Translations under genes and position numbers: made by a program
The notes under the pieces: generated by a model
Told to the model about the DNA's origin: nothing
Databases searched by the model: none
What the model saw: the letters and a program-made list of their open reading frames with translations, nothing else
Part shown: positions 53,760-64,000 of the stretch, piece after piece
Layout: each line of letters opens with the position of its first letter
Position numbering within the stretch: position 1 is the stretch's first letter
From: an uncultured Candidatus Rokubacteria bacterium
GTDB lineage: Bacteria > Methylomirabilota > Methylomirabilia > Rokubacteriales > CSP1-6
Length of the DNA: 64,000 nt
Reading direction: 5' to 3'
Assembly (NCBI GenBank): GCA_963789955.1
Contig: CAWBMV010000037.1
Span: 192,001 to 256,000 of the forward strand

Positions 53760-54648
53760 ATGCTCAGCATCTTCAGAGTGACCTTGGGCCACTACCGGGA
53801 GCTGACCCTGGCCGGCGCGTTCGCGGCGCTGGCGGCCTGGGAAATTCTCGAGATGCTGTTGCTGGAGGGGAGCGCCAGGGCGTCGCTCTCGCTGACCCTC
53901 GTGGTGCACTCCCTTCAGGTCGCGCTCATCCTGGCGGCGACGGCCCTCGCGCTGCACGCCTGGCGGGACAAGACGGCCCGCGAGCGCGCCCTCGCCGCGC
54001 TCGTGCAGCAGGTCGTCGCCGCGCCGGGAAGACGAGCGCCGGCGCATCGCGTACGACGTCCACGACGGTGTGGCCCAGCTCGTCGTGAGCGCCAAGCAGC
54101 ACGTCGACACGGCGACGGACCTCTGGTCGACCGCGCCGGTGCGCGCCGCCGGAGAAACGGCGATTGCGGCCGACCGCCTCGGGCAAGCCATCGCGGAGAC
54201 TCGGCGGATCCTGGCCGCGCTTCGGCCGTTGGCCGTGGAGGCGGCCGGCCTGGCCGGAGCCGCGCGCCGTAGCCTCGACGACGTCGCCCGAGACACGGGG
54301 TGGACAGTGAGCCTCGTCGAGAATCTTGGAGGCGTCCGGCTGCCGCCGACCATCGAAGCCGCCGCGTTCAGGATCCTCCAGGAGGCGCTGGCAAACGCCC
54401 GCAAGCACGCGGAGACCATGCGGATCGACGTCATCCTGGCTCGCGAGGCCGACCGCTTCGACCTGGACGTGCGCGATCACGGCATAGGTCTCCCCGAGCC
54501 GGGCACAACACGAGGCTTCGGGCTCGCCAGCATGCAGGAGCGCGCACGCTTGCTCGGCGGCTCCTGCGTCATCGAGCGTGCGCCGGGTGGCGGCACCCGC
54601 GTCCACGCTCAGCTCCCACTACGCCATGGCATCTCCGCCGCGTCCTGA
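53760..54648 (+). CDS. HisKA_3 (NarX-like) sensor histidine kinase (frameshifted)
   Basis: Two TM helices; DVHDGVAQ, QEALANARKHA, GFGLASMQERA. Confidence 0.87.
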
Positions 54649-55312
54649 TCTCGCGCCGATCCGCGTCCTGATCGTCGACGACCATCCGATGGTCCGCGAG
54701 GGACTGCGGAGCATGCTCGAGCCCGCCGGCTGCGGCGTGGTGGGCGAAGCCGCAACGGGAGAAGACGCGCTCCGAGCGGTGGCGGCGCTCGCGCCGGACG
54801 TCGTCCTGCTCGACCTCGAGCTACCCGACCTCGACGGGCTCGCAGTGCTCGAGCGGCTCAAGGCCCTGGCGCCGGGCGTCTCGGTCCTGGTGATCACGAT
54901 GCACGATGATCCAGCGCTGGTTCGCCGCGCCATTGTGAGCGGCGCGTCCGGCTATGTGCTCAAGGGCGTCGGGCGCCGCGAGCTCCTGTCCGCACTCGAG
55001 GCCGTGCGGCACGGGGGATCGGTCTTCGACCCGCCGCTGCTCCGGGCGACCCTGTCCGACACGGCGTCGGAGTCGAGAGAGGCCGCCGTCTCCAGGCCCG
55101 CCCGGACCACAACTGCCGTCGCGTTGACGCCAGTCGAGCAAGAGATGCTTCGTCTGGTCGCCCAGGGCCTGACCAACCGGGAGATCGGCGAGCGCCTTCG
55201 CTGGAGCGTGGGCACCGTGAAGAAATACCTGCAGCGCACGCTCGAGAAGCTCGACGTCTCGGACCGCACGCAGGCCGCGGTCGAGGCCGTCAAGCGCGGA
55301 CTCCTGTCCTGA
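54626..55312 (+). CDS. NarL/LuxR-family response regulator
   Basis: VDDHPMVREG receiver domain and C-terminal HTH. Confidence 0.92.
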   Translation: MASPPRPDLAPIRVLIVDDHPMVREGLRSMLEPAGCGVVGEAATGEDALRAVAALAPDVVLLDLELPDLDGLAVLERLKALAPGVSVLVITMHDDPALVRRAIVSGASGYVLKGVGRRELLSALEAVRHGGSVFDPPLLRATLSDTASESREAAVSRPARTTTAVALTPVEQEMLRLVAQGLTNREIGERLRWSVGTVKKYLQRTLEKLDVSDRTQAAVEAVKRGLLS

Positions 55313-55333
55313 TCCCGCCGTGACGATCTCTCT

Positions 55334-57672
55334 TCAAAAGCGCACCGTGATACCGCCCCAGCCGGCGATGGGAGCCCCGGGCGCGACGAACCGCTCGACG
55401 CCGATGGGGTCGGCGAATGCGTTGAAATTCAGGGCACCCGCTGTCACGTAGTGGGCGTTGGTGACGTTGTCGACGCGTCCCCACAGCTCGACCTGCTTGA
55501 TCGGGAAGTAGCGAAAGGAAAGATTCAAGGTCGTGTACCCGTCCAGCTTGGGCTGGTCGTTGCCGTCGTCGCCGCGCAGATAGCTCCCGGACACGTGGAT
55601 GACGTTGGCGCCCGCGAAGAAGCCCTTCAGGATTTCGACCTCTGCCCCCGCCTTGAGATTCTGGGCCGGGATGCCGGGGATGTGGTCCCCGGTCCTGACT
55701 CGGACACCGCTGGGATCGGTGACGCTCGCCAGCGTCTCGTTACTCTGGTAGGTGGCATCGACGTAGGCGTAGTTCAGAAAGTACCCGATCCGCTTCCACC
55801 GCCCCTGCAAGCCAGCCTCGATGCCCTGGCGTCGCGTGTTGGCCACGTTCTGGAAGAAGCCGGCTCCTCCGGTCTCGGCCACGATGAAGAGGATGTCGTC
55901 CGTCAGGTCGGTGCGAAAAAACGAGAGGCTCCAGAGGAACGTATCACCGAGCGGCAGCTTCCCCCGTAGACCGAATTCGTAGGTGCGCGCCACGACGGGG
56001 TCGAGCGGGGGGTCCGCGACGAAAGCGTTGGGGAGCCGGCAGGGCGCGTCGGCGTCGGCGCACGTGAGCTCGGCCGGGGTCGGCGCGCGGAACCCCTCGC
56101 TGTACGAGAAGAACGTCGTCAGATTGGTGATCGGTTGGTAAGTGAGCCCGACCATCGGGCTGACGTGGTCGAAGCTGTGGTCGCCGTCGAGATCCGGATT
56201 GCCGCCCGAGCGGTCGCGGATGTCGATACTGACGTGCTGAAACCGCCCCCCCAGGGTGATGCCCAGCTGGGGAAGGATCTCGAACGTGTCGGCCACGTAC
56301 ACGCCGACGTTCTGTTGTCCGGTTTCGACGTCGACCTCGGCCTCGAAGTCCGCGGTCCGCGCCGTGCCCACGCTGTTGCCCTGGGGCACGAAGTCCGACG
56401 GCGCCTCGCTCTGGGTGAAGCGAGTAGCGTGTCCATCATAGGCGACCCCGACGGTGACCCTGTTGTGTCGGTCGAAGATTTTGCCCTGGTGCTGGAACTG
56501 CAGCGTCACGCCCCAGTCCTGCGTGCGCGTCTTGGTGCTGCGGTCCTGGCCCTCCGCTTCGAGCTCGAGGTTCCCGGCGAGAGGGTTGCCATCCGAATCG
56601 AAGAGTCCCACGGCCGAGCCTCGGCAGAGTCCCAGGTGCAGCGGGCGCCCGCTAGCCGTGAAGGCTTGCGCATCCGTGGCGTCGTTGACGCAGTTGACCT
56701 CGGCGTCGCCGTTCAACGTTTCGCGCTGGTAGTTGCGATAGAACGCGTTGCCCGACAGCAGCACGGTGTCCGTCAGCCACTGACTCGCCCGCACGATTGG
56801 CCAGGTGCATGACGTTCTTGGTCTGGTCGGGAAAGGTGTACACGGCGCTTCGATCCACGGCCAAGGTGCTCTCGGGCACGAGCCCGTTCCCGACGAGTTT
56901 GTCGTTGGCGAAGATGTAGCTCAGCTCGACGTCGGTTTGGGACGTTCGGTATCCCACCTTGGCGAACAGCTGGCGCAAATCGGTCGGCGACTCGTCCCGC
57001 CAGCCGTTCTCGCTGAGAGCATTGAAGCCCAGGAACCAGTCGAACGAGCCCCGGGAGCCGCCATAGGAGCTCTCGACGGCCCAGCGCCCCCATGAGCCGC
57101 CGGAGGCGGCGATCTCGATACCGGGAAAGTCGAAGCCACGCTTGGTGCGTAAGGAGAGCGCGCCGCCGAGCGTGTTCAACCCGAAGAGTGGATTGGAGCC
57201 GGGGATAATGTCGACCCCGGCGATCGCGAACTGGGGGATGAGATCCCAGTTGAGCGTGTCGCCGAATCCGTCGTTGAAGCGCATACCGTCCAGATAGACG
57301 GACAAGCCGATCGGGCTACCGGTCAGAGGGCCGCCGAGGAAGCCCCGATACGTGAGGCGTTCTGCCAGGGTTGCCCTGGCTGCCGATCGTGTTCACCGAG
57401 CCGAGATTGCGAAACAGCTGCTCGGGAAGATTGGGGAGGTTCTGCTTCTTGATCTCCTCCGCGGTCACTCGCTGAGCGTTGCCGGGGTATTTCTCCAGCG
57501 GAATCCCAAGGGACGGGAGCGGCGTGGTGCCGATGACCTGGACGGGCGGGAGCTGAATGGCCTCCTCGGGCTGTCCTGTCGTTCTCTCCGGGGAGGCCGG
57601 CGGCGCCTGGGCCGCCACGGGCGAGCTGACGAGCAGAGCCAGTATCACCACCTGCGGGATGACCGAACGCAT
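55334..57672 (-). CDS. TonB-dependent receptor (frameshifted)
   Basis: Signal peptide; plug PGSNPLFGLNTLGGAL; C-terminal GGITVRF. Confidence 0.88.
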
Positions 57673-57760
57673 CGCTGTCCTCTCGCGGCCGTGGGTCGTG
57701 GCTGTGCCTAGTGTGGTAGCGGCAATCAAATAAGTCGTGCAAGGCCCAGATGGCCACAAA

Positions 57761-58807
57761 TCAGATGGCCGCCTGGCTACGGCGACCACCACGCGCCGGA
57801 CGGTCTCGGACGAGCTCGTCACGATCAAGGATCTTCTGATCAGCGAGGCCCAAACCTTCTGCGAGAGTCCCAGAATTCGTCGTCCCCAGGTGCCCGAGGA
57901 TGAGCACGACAAGACTCACCACGACGGCCGCGCCCAGAACCCTCAAGGACCGCTCGATATCCCGGAAGACCGGCAGGTTGCCCGCTCCGAGCCGATAGGC
58001 GCCGGGCTTCTCGAGGAGCACGCCGAGCGCGCCCGCCATCGCGGACATGGTCCAGCCCGCGTTCGGGCTCGCCGTCCGACGGCGATCGCGCCGCAGCGCC
58101 GCGAAGGCGCCGCCCGCGCTCTCGCCGGCCAGGGCGGCCGCGGCGACGACGCTCAGACCGGCCAGCCGCGCCGGAATCAGATTCAGGAGGTCGTCGAGCC
58201 GCGCCGCGACCTTGCCGAAGTATTCGAGTGGGCCCACGCGATAGCCGAACATCGCGTCCGCGGTGTTGATCACGCGATAGACCGCCGCACCCGCGAGCCC
58301 TCCGGCGAGAAACCACAGCGCCGGCGCCACGAGGCTGTCGGTCAGGTTCTCGGCGACGGACTCGATGGTGGCCGAGGCGACATGCCCCTCGTCGAGCTCC
58401 TCGGTGGGGCGGCTCACCAGGTGATATCCGACCGCTCGGCGAGCGGCGACGAGATCGCCGCGGCCGAGCTCCCCGGCCACTTCACGCGCGGCGCCGGCGA
58501 GTCCGCGGAGGGAGAGCAGGCACGTGAGCGCGAGGGCCTCGACAAGCAGCCCGGCGAATCCGAGGCGAGCGGCGAGCGCCGTCACGGCCATGGCGGCGAC
58601 ACTCGCCAGGCCGGCGACACCGAGAGTGAGCGCGGCGCCGCCGGCGAGGAGCACCGCCGGCGGGCCGTGGCACAGACGGACCCGGCCCGCGGCGAGGAGC
58701 CGGCCGAGCCACGCGACGGGATGGTAGCGGTTGGGCGGATCGCCGAAGGCCAGATCGATCGCGAGAGCCAGGAGCAGAACGAGAGGCTTGGCGACTTCCG
58801 GGCTCAG
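57761..58807 (-). CDS. cbiB: Adenosylcobinamide-phosphate synthase (start uncertain)
   Basis: GDPPNRYHPV, ESVAENLTD, NTADAMFGY, SPNAG. Confidence 0.9.
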   Translation of the reverse strand: MSPEVAKPLVLLLALAIDLAFGDPPNRYHPVAWLGRLLAAGRVRLCHGPPAVLLAGGAALTLGVAGLASVAAMAVTALAARLGFAGLLVEALALTCLLSLRGLAGAAREVAGELGRGDLVAARRAVGYHLVSRPTEELDEGHVASATIESVAENLTDSLVAPALWFLAGGLAGAAVYRVINTADAMFGYRVGPLEYFGKVAARLDDLLNLIPARLAGLSVVAAAALAGESAGGAFAALRRDRRRTASPNAGWTMSAMAGALGVLLEKPGAYRLGAGNLPVFRDIERSLRVLGAAVVVSLVVLILGHLGTTNSGTLAEGLGLADQKILDRDELVRDRPARGGRRSQAAI

Positions 58808-60332
58808 GACCTGGGAAATGAGAGCCCCACGAGCTTGGCCAGGGCCCCGAGGTCCACCGCGCGCGCCACGGCATCGGCGAGGAGCTCGTATCGGTCGCCG
58901 GCCGGCGTGCCCCACCGCGGATCGGCCACAATCCCCTTCCGCGCCGCCAGCGATCTCAAGAATGCGCGACGCAGCGAGTCGTTCGCGAAGAGGCCGTGAA
59001 GGTAGGTGCCGACCACGTTGCCGGCTGCGCTCACGGCGCCGTCGGCGTCGTGGACCGCGCGATTGCCCCGCTCCACGATCGTGAACGGCGTCGGCGAGCT
59101 CGCGCTCGTTCGACCCGCGTGGATCTCGTAGGCGACGACCTCGCTGCCGGCGGCTCCGGAGAACGGCCCCGACATCTCGGCCACCCGGGCTCGAACACGG
59201 ACGGTCGTCTTGCTGGGCTCGAAGGTCGTGACGACCGGCAACAATCCGAGCCCTTGCGTCGAGCGCGCGTCGGATTCGACGTGATCCGGGTCGTGCACGG
59301 CTTCGCCGAGCATCTGGTAGCCCCCGCACACGCCGACGATCGGCTGCCCGTCCGCCGCCGCGCGCCGGATCGACTGCGCCAGCCCGGTGGCGAAGAGCCA
59401 CTGCAGGTCGGCGACGGTGCCCTTGCTGCCCGGCAGCACGATGACGTCGGCGCCGCGGAGCTCGTCGGCGTCGCGCACGAAGCGCACGTGAACGCCGGGC
59501 TCCCCCGCGAGCGGCTCGAAGTCGTCGAAGTTCGAGATGAGCGGCAGGCGGACGACCGCGACGTCGAGCGCGCCGGGCGCGCCCCAGCGCGATGGCTCGT
59601 CCAGATCGAGCGAGTCCTCGGAGGGCACGAGCCCCGCTTCGAGATACGGCACGACTCCGAGCACCGGCACCCCGGCGCGCGCGCTGAGCTCGGCAAGCCC
59701 GGGGGTCAGTACGGTCGCGTCGCCCCGGAATCGGTTGACGATGAGGCCGCCGACCCGCGCGCGGTCATCGCGGATCGAGCAGACTCAGGGTGCCGAGCAG
59801 GGCGGCGAACACGCCGCCGCGATCGATGTCGCCCACGAGCAGCACCGGCGCGTCCGCCATGCGCGCGATCGTCATGTTGACGATGTCGCTGTCGCGCAGG
59901 TTGATCTCGGCCGGGCTCCCGGCGCCCTCGATGATCACCAGATCCCACGCCTGTCGAAGCCGGGCGAGACTCTCGCCGACGATCGGCAGAAGCTCCGCCT
60001 GCATGCGCCTGATACTCGCGCCAGGTGACGCTCGTGACCGCGCGGCCGCGCACGACGACCTGCGAGCGATAACCGGGCTCGGGCTTGAGGAGGATCGGGT
60101 TCATGTCGACGGTGGGCTCGATGCCGGCGGCGGCCGCCTGCGCCGCCTGCGCGCGCCCGATCTCGCCGCCCTCGCGCGTGACGGCGGCGTTCAGCGACAT
60201 GTTCTGCGACTTGAACGGCGCGACCCGGTAGCCGGCGCGCGCGAAGATCCGACAGAAGGCCGCGGCCAGCAGGCTCTTGCCGACGCCGGAGGCGGTGCCC
60301 TGGACCATGAGACACGGCGCCGCGGTACTCAT
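58804..60332 (-). CDS. cobQ: Cobyric acid synthase (frameshifted)
   Basis: [46 protein letters not shown]. Confidence 0.93.
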
Positions 60333-61124
60333 CGCCCGAAGCGGACGCTCAGCTCCGGCACGGAACGCGTAGTCGGGGCTCTGTCCGGCGAGGGACGTCT
60401 GCACCGCCGCGTCGAACGCGATCGTCGGGGTCAGCACGAACTGGAGACCCGCGTCGAAGCCGACGGAGCTACGTGCCCCGCGCTCGGCGGCCGAGGAGAC
60501 GAAGACTTCCGCGTACGCCGACCATCGCTCGCCGAGGTCGTGGCTGAGCGAGGCCGAGCCGAACCCCTGGGCGAGATAGCCGCTGGGACGCTGCGCCAGC
60601 GCGTTGACACCGAGATTCGCGTCCAGGCTGAATTCGCCGGGCAACGCGAAGGTCGCGAGACCGGTGAGGCCGAAATCCGGCACGTTGGTCCCGTGCGGAG
60701 CGTGGGCGGTGGGAAATGTGACGATCGGGAGCAGACCGAGCGAGGGCCACCAGCGGCCCTCGCGGCCGTCGAAGAAGCGGTACTTCGCCTCGAGGGAGAC
60801 ATCGCCCCATCCGGTGTCGTCCTGCGCGCCTCTCAGCACGACGACGGGCTCGCCGTCGAGCCTGAGCTCCAGGTGCTCCGTGATCCCGGCCCGCAAGGTG
60901 ACGTCGAGCGTGAGCTGCCGCTCGGCGGGACTGCCGCCGATGCTCGTCCGCGAATACTCGACGCCGCTCTCGATCTGAAGCGCGCCAGGCTGGACGGTAT
61001 ACGTGCTGGTCGAGACGCTGGGACGATCGGTCTGGATGCGCTCGGACTCGGCCGCCGGCGCGACGGACGCGGTCACGATCACAGCCCAGCACGCCGCGCC
61101 GAGGCTCCACGCCGCGGCCCGCAC
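60329..61124 (-). CDS. Outer-membrane beta-barrel protein (SphA/Phenol_MetA_deg-like)
   Basis: TDRPSVS...[22 protein letters not shown]. Confidence 0.7.
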
Positions 61125-61128
61125 GAGG

Positions 61129-61644
61129 TCAGCCGCCCGCGTATCGGCGCTGGAGCTCCTGCCAGAGCTCCGTCTTCTCCCAGCGGGGCTCCCGGAGGCG
61201 CTGCCACTTCTCGTCGAAGTGGGGATTCGGGAACAGGACCGTGACCATCTGCTCGCCCCGGCCGTTCCAGAGCCGGAGGCCCCATGTCGCGGGCGCGCAC
61301 GAGCCGCCCTCGGTCTTGAAGAACGCGGCCCGGGCCACGCGCCGGATGCGCGCGAGCTCGGCGCTGCGGGTACCGCGATGATCGTTGACGCAGAGATGAA
61401 AGTGCCAGGCGCCCGTGTCGACGGTCAGATAGCCGTCGAGCATCGTGACCTTCGGCGGAGTGGCGAACTGGATCTCGTACGCCGCGCCCTCGATCAGCGG
61501 CCCGACCGTGAGCTCGGCCCAGTGCTCGGTGAAGAGCTGAACGAGCAAACGCTCGACGCTGTCGCCCTCGACGGCCATGTCGTGATACTCGGTCGTCGTT
61601 CCATCGAGGCCGTGCTCGATCGCCGGCGCCGCGTTTCGCCGCAT
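61129..61644 (-). CDS. Conserved hypothetical protein in the cobamide operon
   Basis: 171 aa, protein-like; WHFHLC motif. Confidence 0.7.
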   Translation of the reverse strand: MRRNAAPAIEHGLDGTTTEYHDMAVEGDSVERLLVQLFTEHWAELTVGPLIEGAAYEIQFATPPKVTMLDGYLTVDTGAWHFHLCVNDHRGTRSAELARIRRVARAAFFKTEGGSCAPATWGLRLWNGRGEQMVTVLFPNPHFDEKWQRLREPRWEKTELWQELQRRYAGG

Positions 61645-61667
61645 AGGTGAGCATACTACTGCAGGTC

Positions 61668-62568
61668 TTACTGCAGGTCGAAGACCACCGGCAGACGAAC
61701 TCTCAGCAGTCGGGGCTTGAGACCGCGGGGAAACGGCTGCGGCTCGAGGCTCCTCACGGCTTCCAGCGCGGCCTCGTCGAGCAGAGGATGCGACGACGAG
61801 CCCGTGACGGAGACATCGCCGATCGCGCCATCCGACTTGATGAAGATCTCCAGGTAGACGGTGCCCGTCAGTCCTCGGCTACGCGCAGGCGGCGGATAGC
61901 GGAGCGCATCCAGGATGCGGCGTCTCACCCCGGCCAGATAGCCTCCGTACTCGGCTCCGGGCGCCCCGCCCGCCTGACCCACCCGACGCCAGGGCCGTAC
62001 CGCCACCCGCCCCGCCGGGGCCGGCTCCTGACGTACCCGGACCCGGCGCGGCTCGACCGCCACCGCCCGGCTCGGACGTCGACGCGACTCGCTCACCGAA
62101 CGCGCTGCCCGCATTCTCGCGCGGGGCGCCGGGCGACGGGCTCGGTGCGACGTCGGGCGGAACCTCACGCGCGGGCACGATGGCGACCGCGGGCTCGGGT
62201 TGACGCGCCTCCTGATTCGCCGGCTGCGCCTCTTCGCGCTCGCGCACGGGCGCCGGCTCGGGCGGCGCGGAAGGCGTGACGGGCGACGACACGGCCGGAG
62301 CGGGGGCGGGCGACCGTGCCGGCCCGGACCGGCCGCCATCGCGCCCAGCCGGGCGAGCCGACCCGGTCGAGACTCGCTTCGCCTCGCCACCGCCGCCCGC
62401 GGCAGATCCCGCCGCGGCGACTGGAGCTGCACGCTCTTCGAGCGACTCCAGGTCGACGAAGAGGACACTCGGGTGCGATTCGCCGGAGGTGAGGACAAAG
62501 AGCAGAGCGACCGCGCCGCCGTGCGCCGCGATCGAGGCGAGCAAGGTCGCCGCCGGCAGGCGCACCAT
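61668..62568 (-). CDS. TonB-family energy transducer (frameshifted)
   Basis: ASIAAHG TM helix, Pro/Gly-rich linker, YPPPARSRGLTG...LDEAAL. Confidence 0.85.
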
Positions 62569-63223
62569 CACCGATGCTCTTCCATCCAGCGCTGGATCCC
62601 GACCTGCAGCGCGTCGTGGGCCGCGCGTGCGACCACCCAGCCGAAGTCGCTGATCGGTCCGCCGAACCGGCACCGTGGCCCGCGTCCGGTGGCCGCGACG
62701 ACGACCGAGTCGGTCGACGTGCCGCTCGCCACGCGGCCGTCGTCGCACCGAAGGTCCGCCGGACGCGAGCAGCGATGCCTTGACCTCGGTGACCGTCATC
62801 ACCGCGTTGACGAGCGCCGCGGCCTCGGGATCGCCGTCCACGACGACGATCGAGTTGATCGTCGTCGGTGCCCACACGCCGACGGGCGTCCGGCCCGCCG
62901 CGATTCGGTTCGACAGACCGACCGTCACGACCGCGAGGGCGGTCAATCCCGGACCCGCTGGCTTCGGCGACGACCGCTTTCTCCGTCCACGCCGAGGTGA
63001 GCAGGCCGATCCAGGGCCCGCGGATCTCTCGCCGCTCGACGAATCGCGGTAGCAAGCCGTCCGTCTCCGCTTCCGGGATGTTCTTGCGGACGTGCAGGTT
63101 CACGATCGCGCGGGCCGTGGTGAATCCACCGCCGACGAACGCCGAGGACAGGATCGTCAACGGCTCGCGCGCCGTGACGACGACCGCCTCGCGATCGACC
63201 GCGACCTCGATTCCATCGATCAT
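62568..63223 (-). CDS. cbiZ: Adenosylcobinamide amidohydrolase (frameshifted)
   Basis: LSSAFVGGG, GLLTS, VTVGLSN, TINSIV, TEVK; cob context. Confidence 0.8.
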
Positions 63224-63323
63224 TCGCGCTCGCACCTTCTTGCTGTCGCCATCCGGAGTCCTGGTTGCGCCGGCCGGCGGCACGCGCCCGGCGCGAGTGT
63301 CGTCCGGCCCGGCTCGGGAAAGT

Positions 63324-64000
63324 CTAGAACGACACGCGCAGCCCGGCCAGCGCGTTGATGCCGAGCGCCGGGAAGCCTCGGACCTCCGAGTAGTCGTTGT
63401 TGGTCAGGTTCTGGATGCGCGTCCACAGATCGACGCGCCTGGATGAACGCGTAGCGCTGGAAAAGTCGGTACGTGCCGCCGGCGTTCACGACCCCGTAGG
63501 CGCTGTTCCACACCCACGCCGCCGCCCGACGATCGGCTCGAACTGCTTGCTCATCCACAGCCTTCGCCGAAGAGCTCGAGCCGAGGGATCGGACGCCATG
63601 TCAGCCGGAGGTTCACGCGATCCTGCGGCTCACGCGGCAAGGGCCGGTGGGTTTGCAGATTTTCCGTGTCCGTGATAGGTGTAGTTCAGCGACGCGGTGA
63701 GATTGTCGAGGATGTCGACATCGGAGACGAACTCGATGCCTTTCGAGCGCACCTTGCCGAAGTTCACACCCATCACGAACGGCGGCGTGGCGATGGGCAC
63801 GAACCCGATCAGATTCGTGATCTCCTGGTGGAAATACGTCAGACCGAGACGGATCCGGTCCTTCCAGAGCTTCTGGTCGACGCCGAAGTCGTACCCGAAG
63901 CTGTCTTCGGGCTTCAAGTTGGGATCGGAGAACCCCGGGAAGAAGAGGTCGTTGAAGGTCGGCGCCCGGAAACCCGAGCCGGCGCCGCCGTGGATCCTGC
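63324..64000 (-). CDS. btuB: BtuB-like TonB-dependent cobalamin receptor (3' part, noisy sequence)
   Basis: FRAPTFNDL, LKPE, C-terminal GLRVSF; upstream of cbiZ-cobQ-cbiB. Confidence 0.72.

Noticed and set aside
63420..63680. Apparent insertion or disruption in btuB
   Set aside because: Dense indel noise between in-frame receptor segments points to a low-quality local consensus.

Overview
High-GC bacterial chromosome segment. Gene content suggests Ca. Rokubacteria/Methylomirabilota (inference). Many single-base frameshifts in essential genes (argS, ftsH, nnr, cobQ) indicate an unpolished long-read assembly. Left to right: (1) an NYN-domain gene and tRNA-Val(CAC). (2) A ~6.9 kb integrative element upstream of the tRNA, bounded by a 45-bp duplication of the tRNA 5' half. 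It carries a tyrosine integrase with a 26-bp perfect palindrome in its promoter and a translationally coupled operon of small phage-like genes, including a capsid-scaffold-like protein. (3) Inside the element, an ISNCY-like transposase fragment broken up by long cytosine-free insertions, most likely a read-level artefact. (4) A second, decayed integrase of the same family in tandem, followed by accessory genes. (5) Catabolic and peptide-ABC genes. (6) A ~16 kb lipid-modification cluster: two KS/KS-like pairs, ACP, GT2, ABC transporter, ArnT-like GT-C, HpnJ radical SAM, deacetylase, GT28, acyltransferase and methyltransferase. (7) pyrD, a DnaA-box-like cluster, and housekeeping genes radC-tsaE-nnr-acpS-glmM-folP-ftsH-hpt-SPOR-argS. 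(8) A two-component system with a TonB-dependent receptor. (9) A cobamide salvage operon (btuB-cbiZ-tonB-...-cobQ-cbiB). All family calls come from motif recognition, not database searches.
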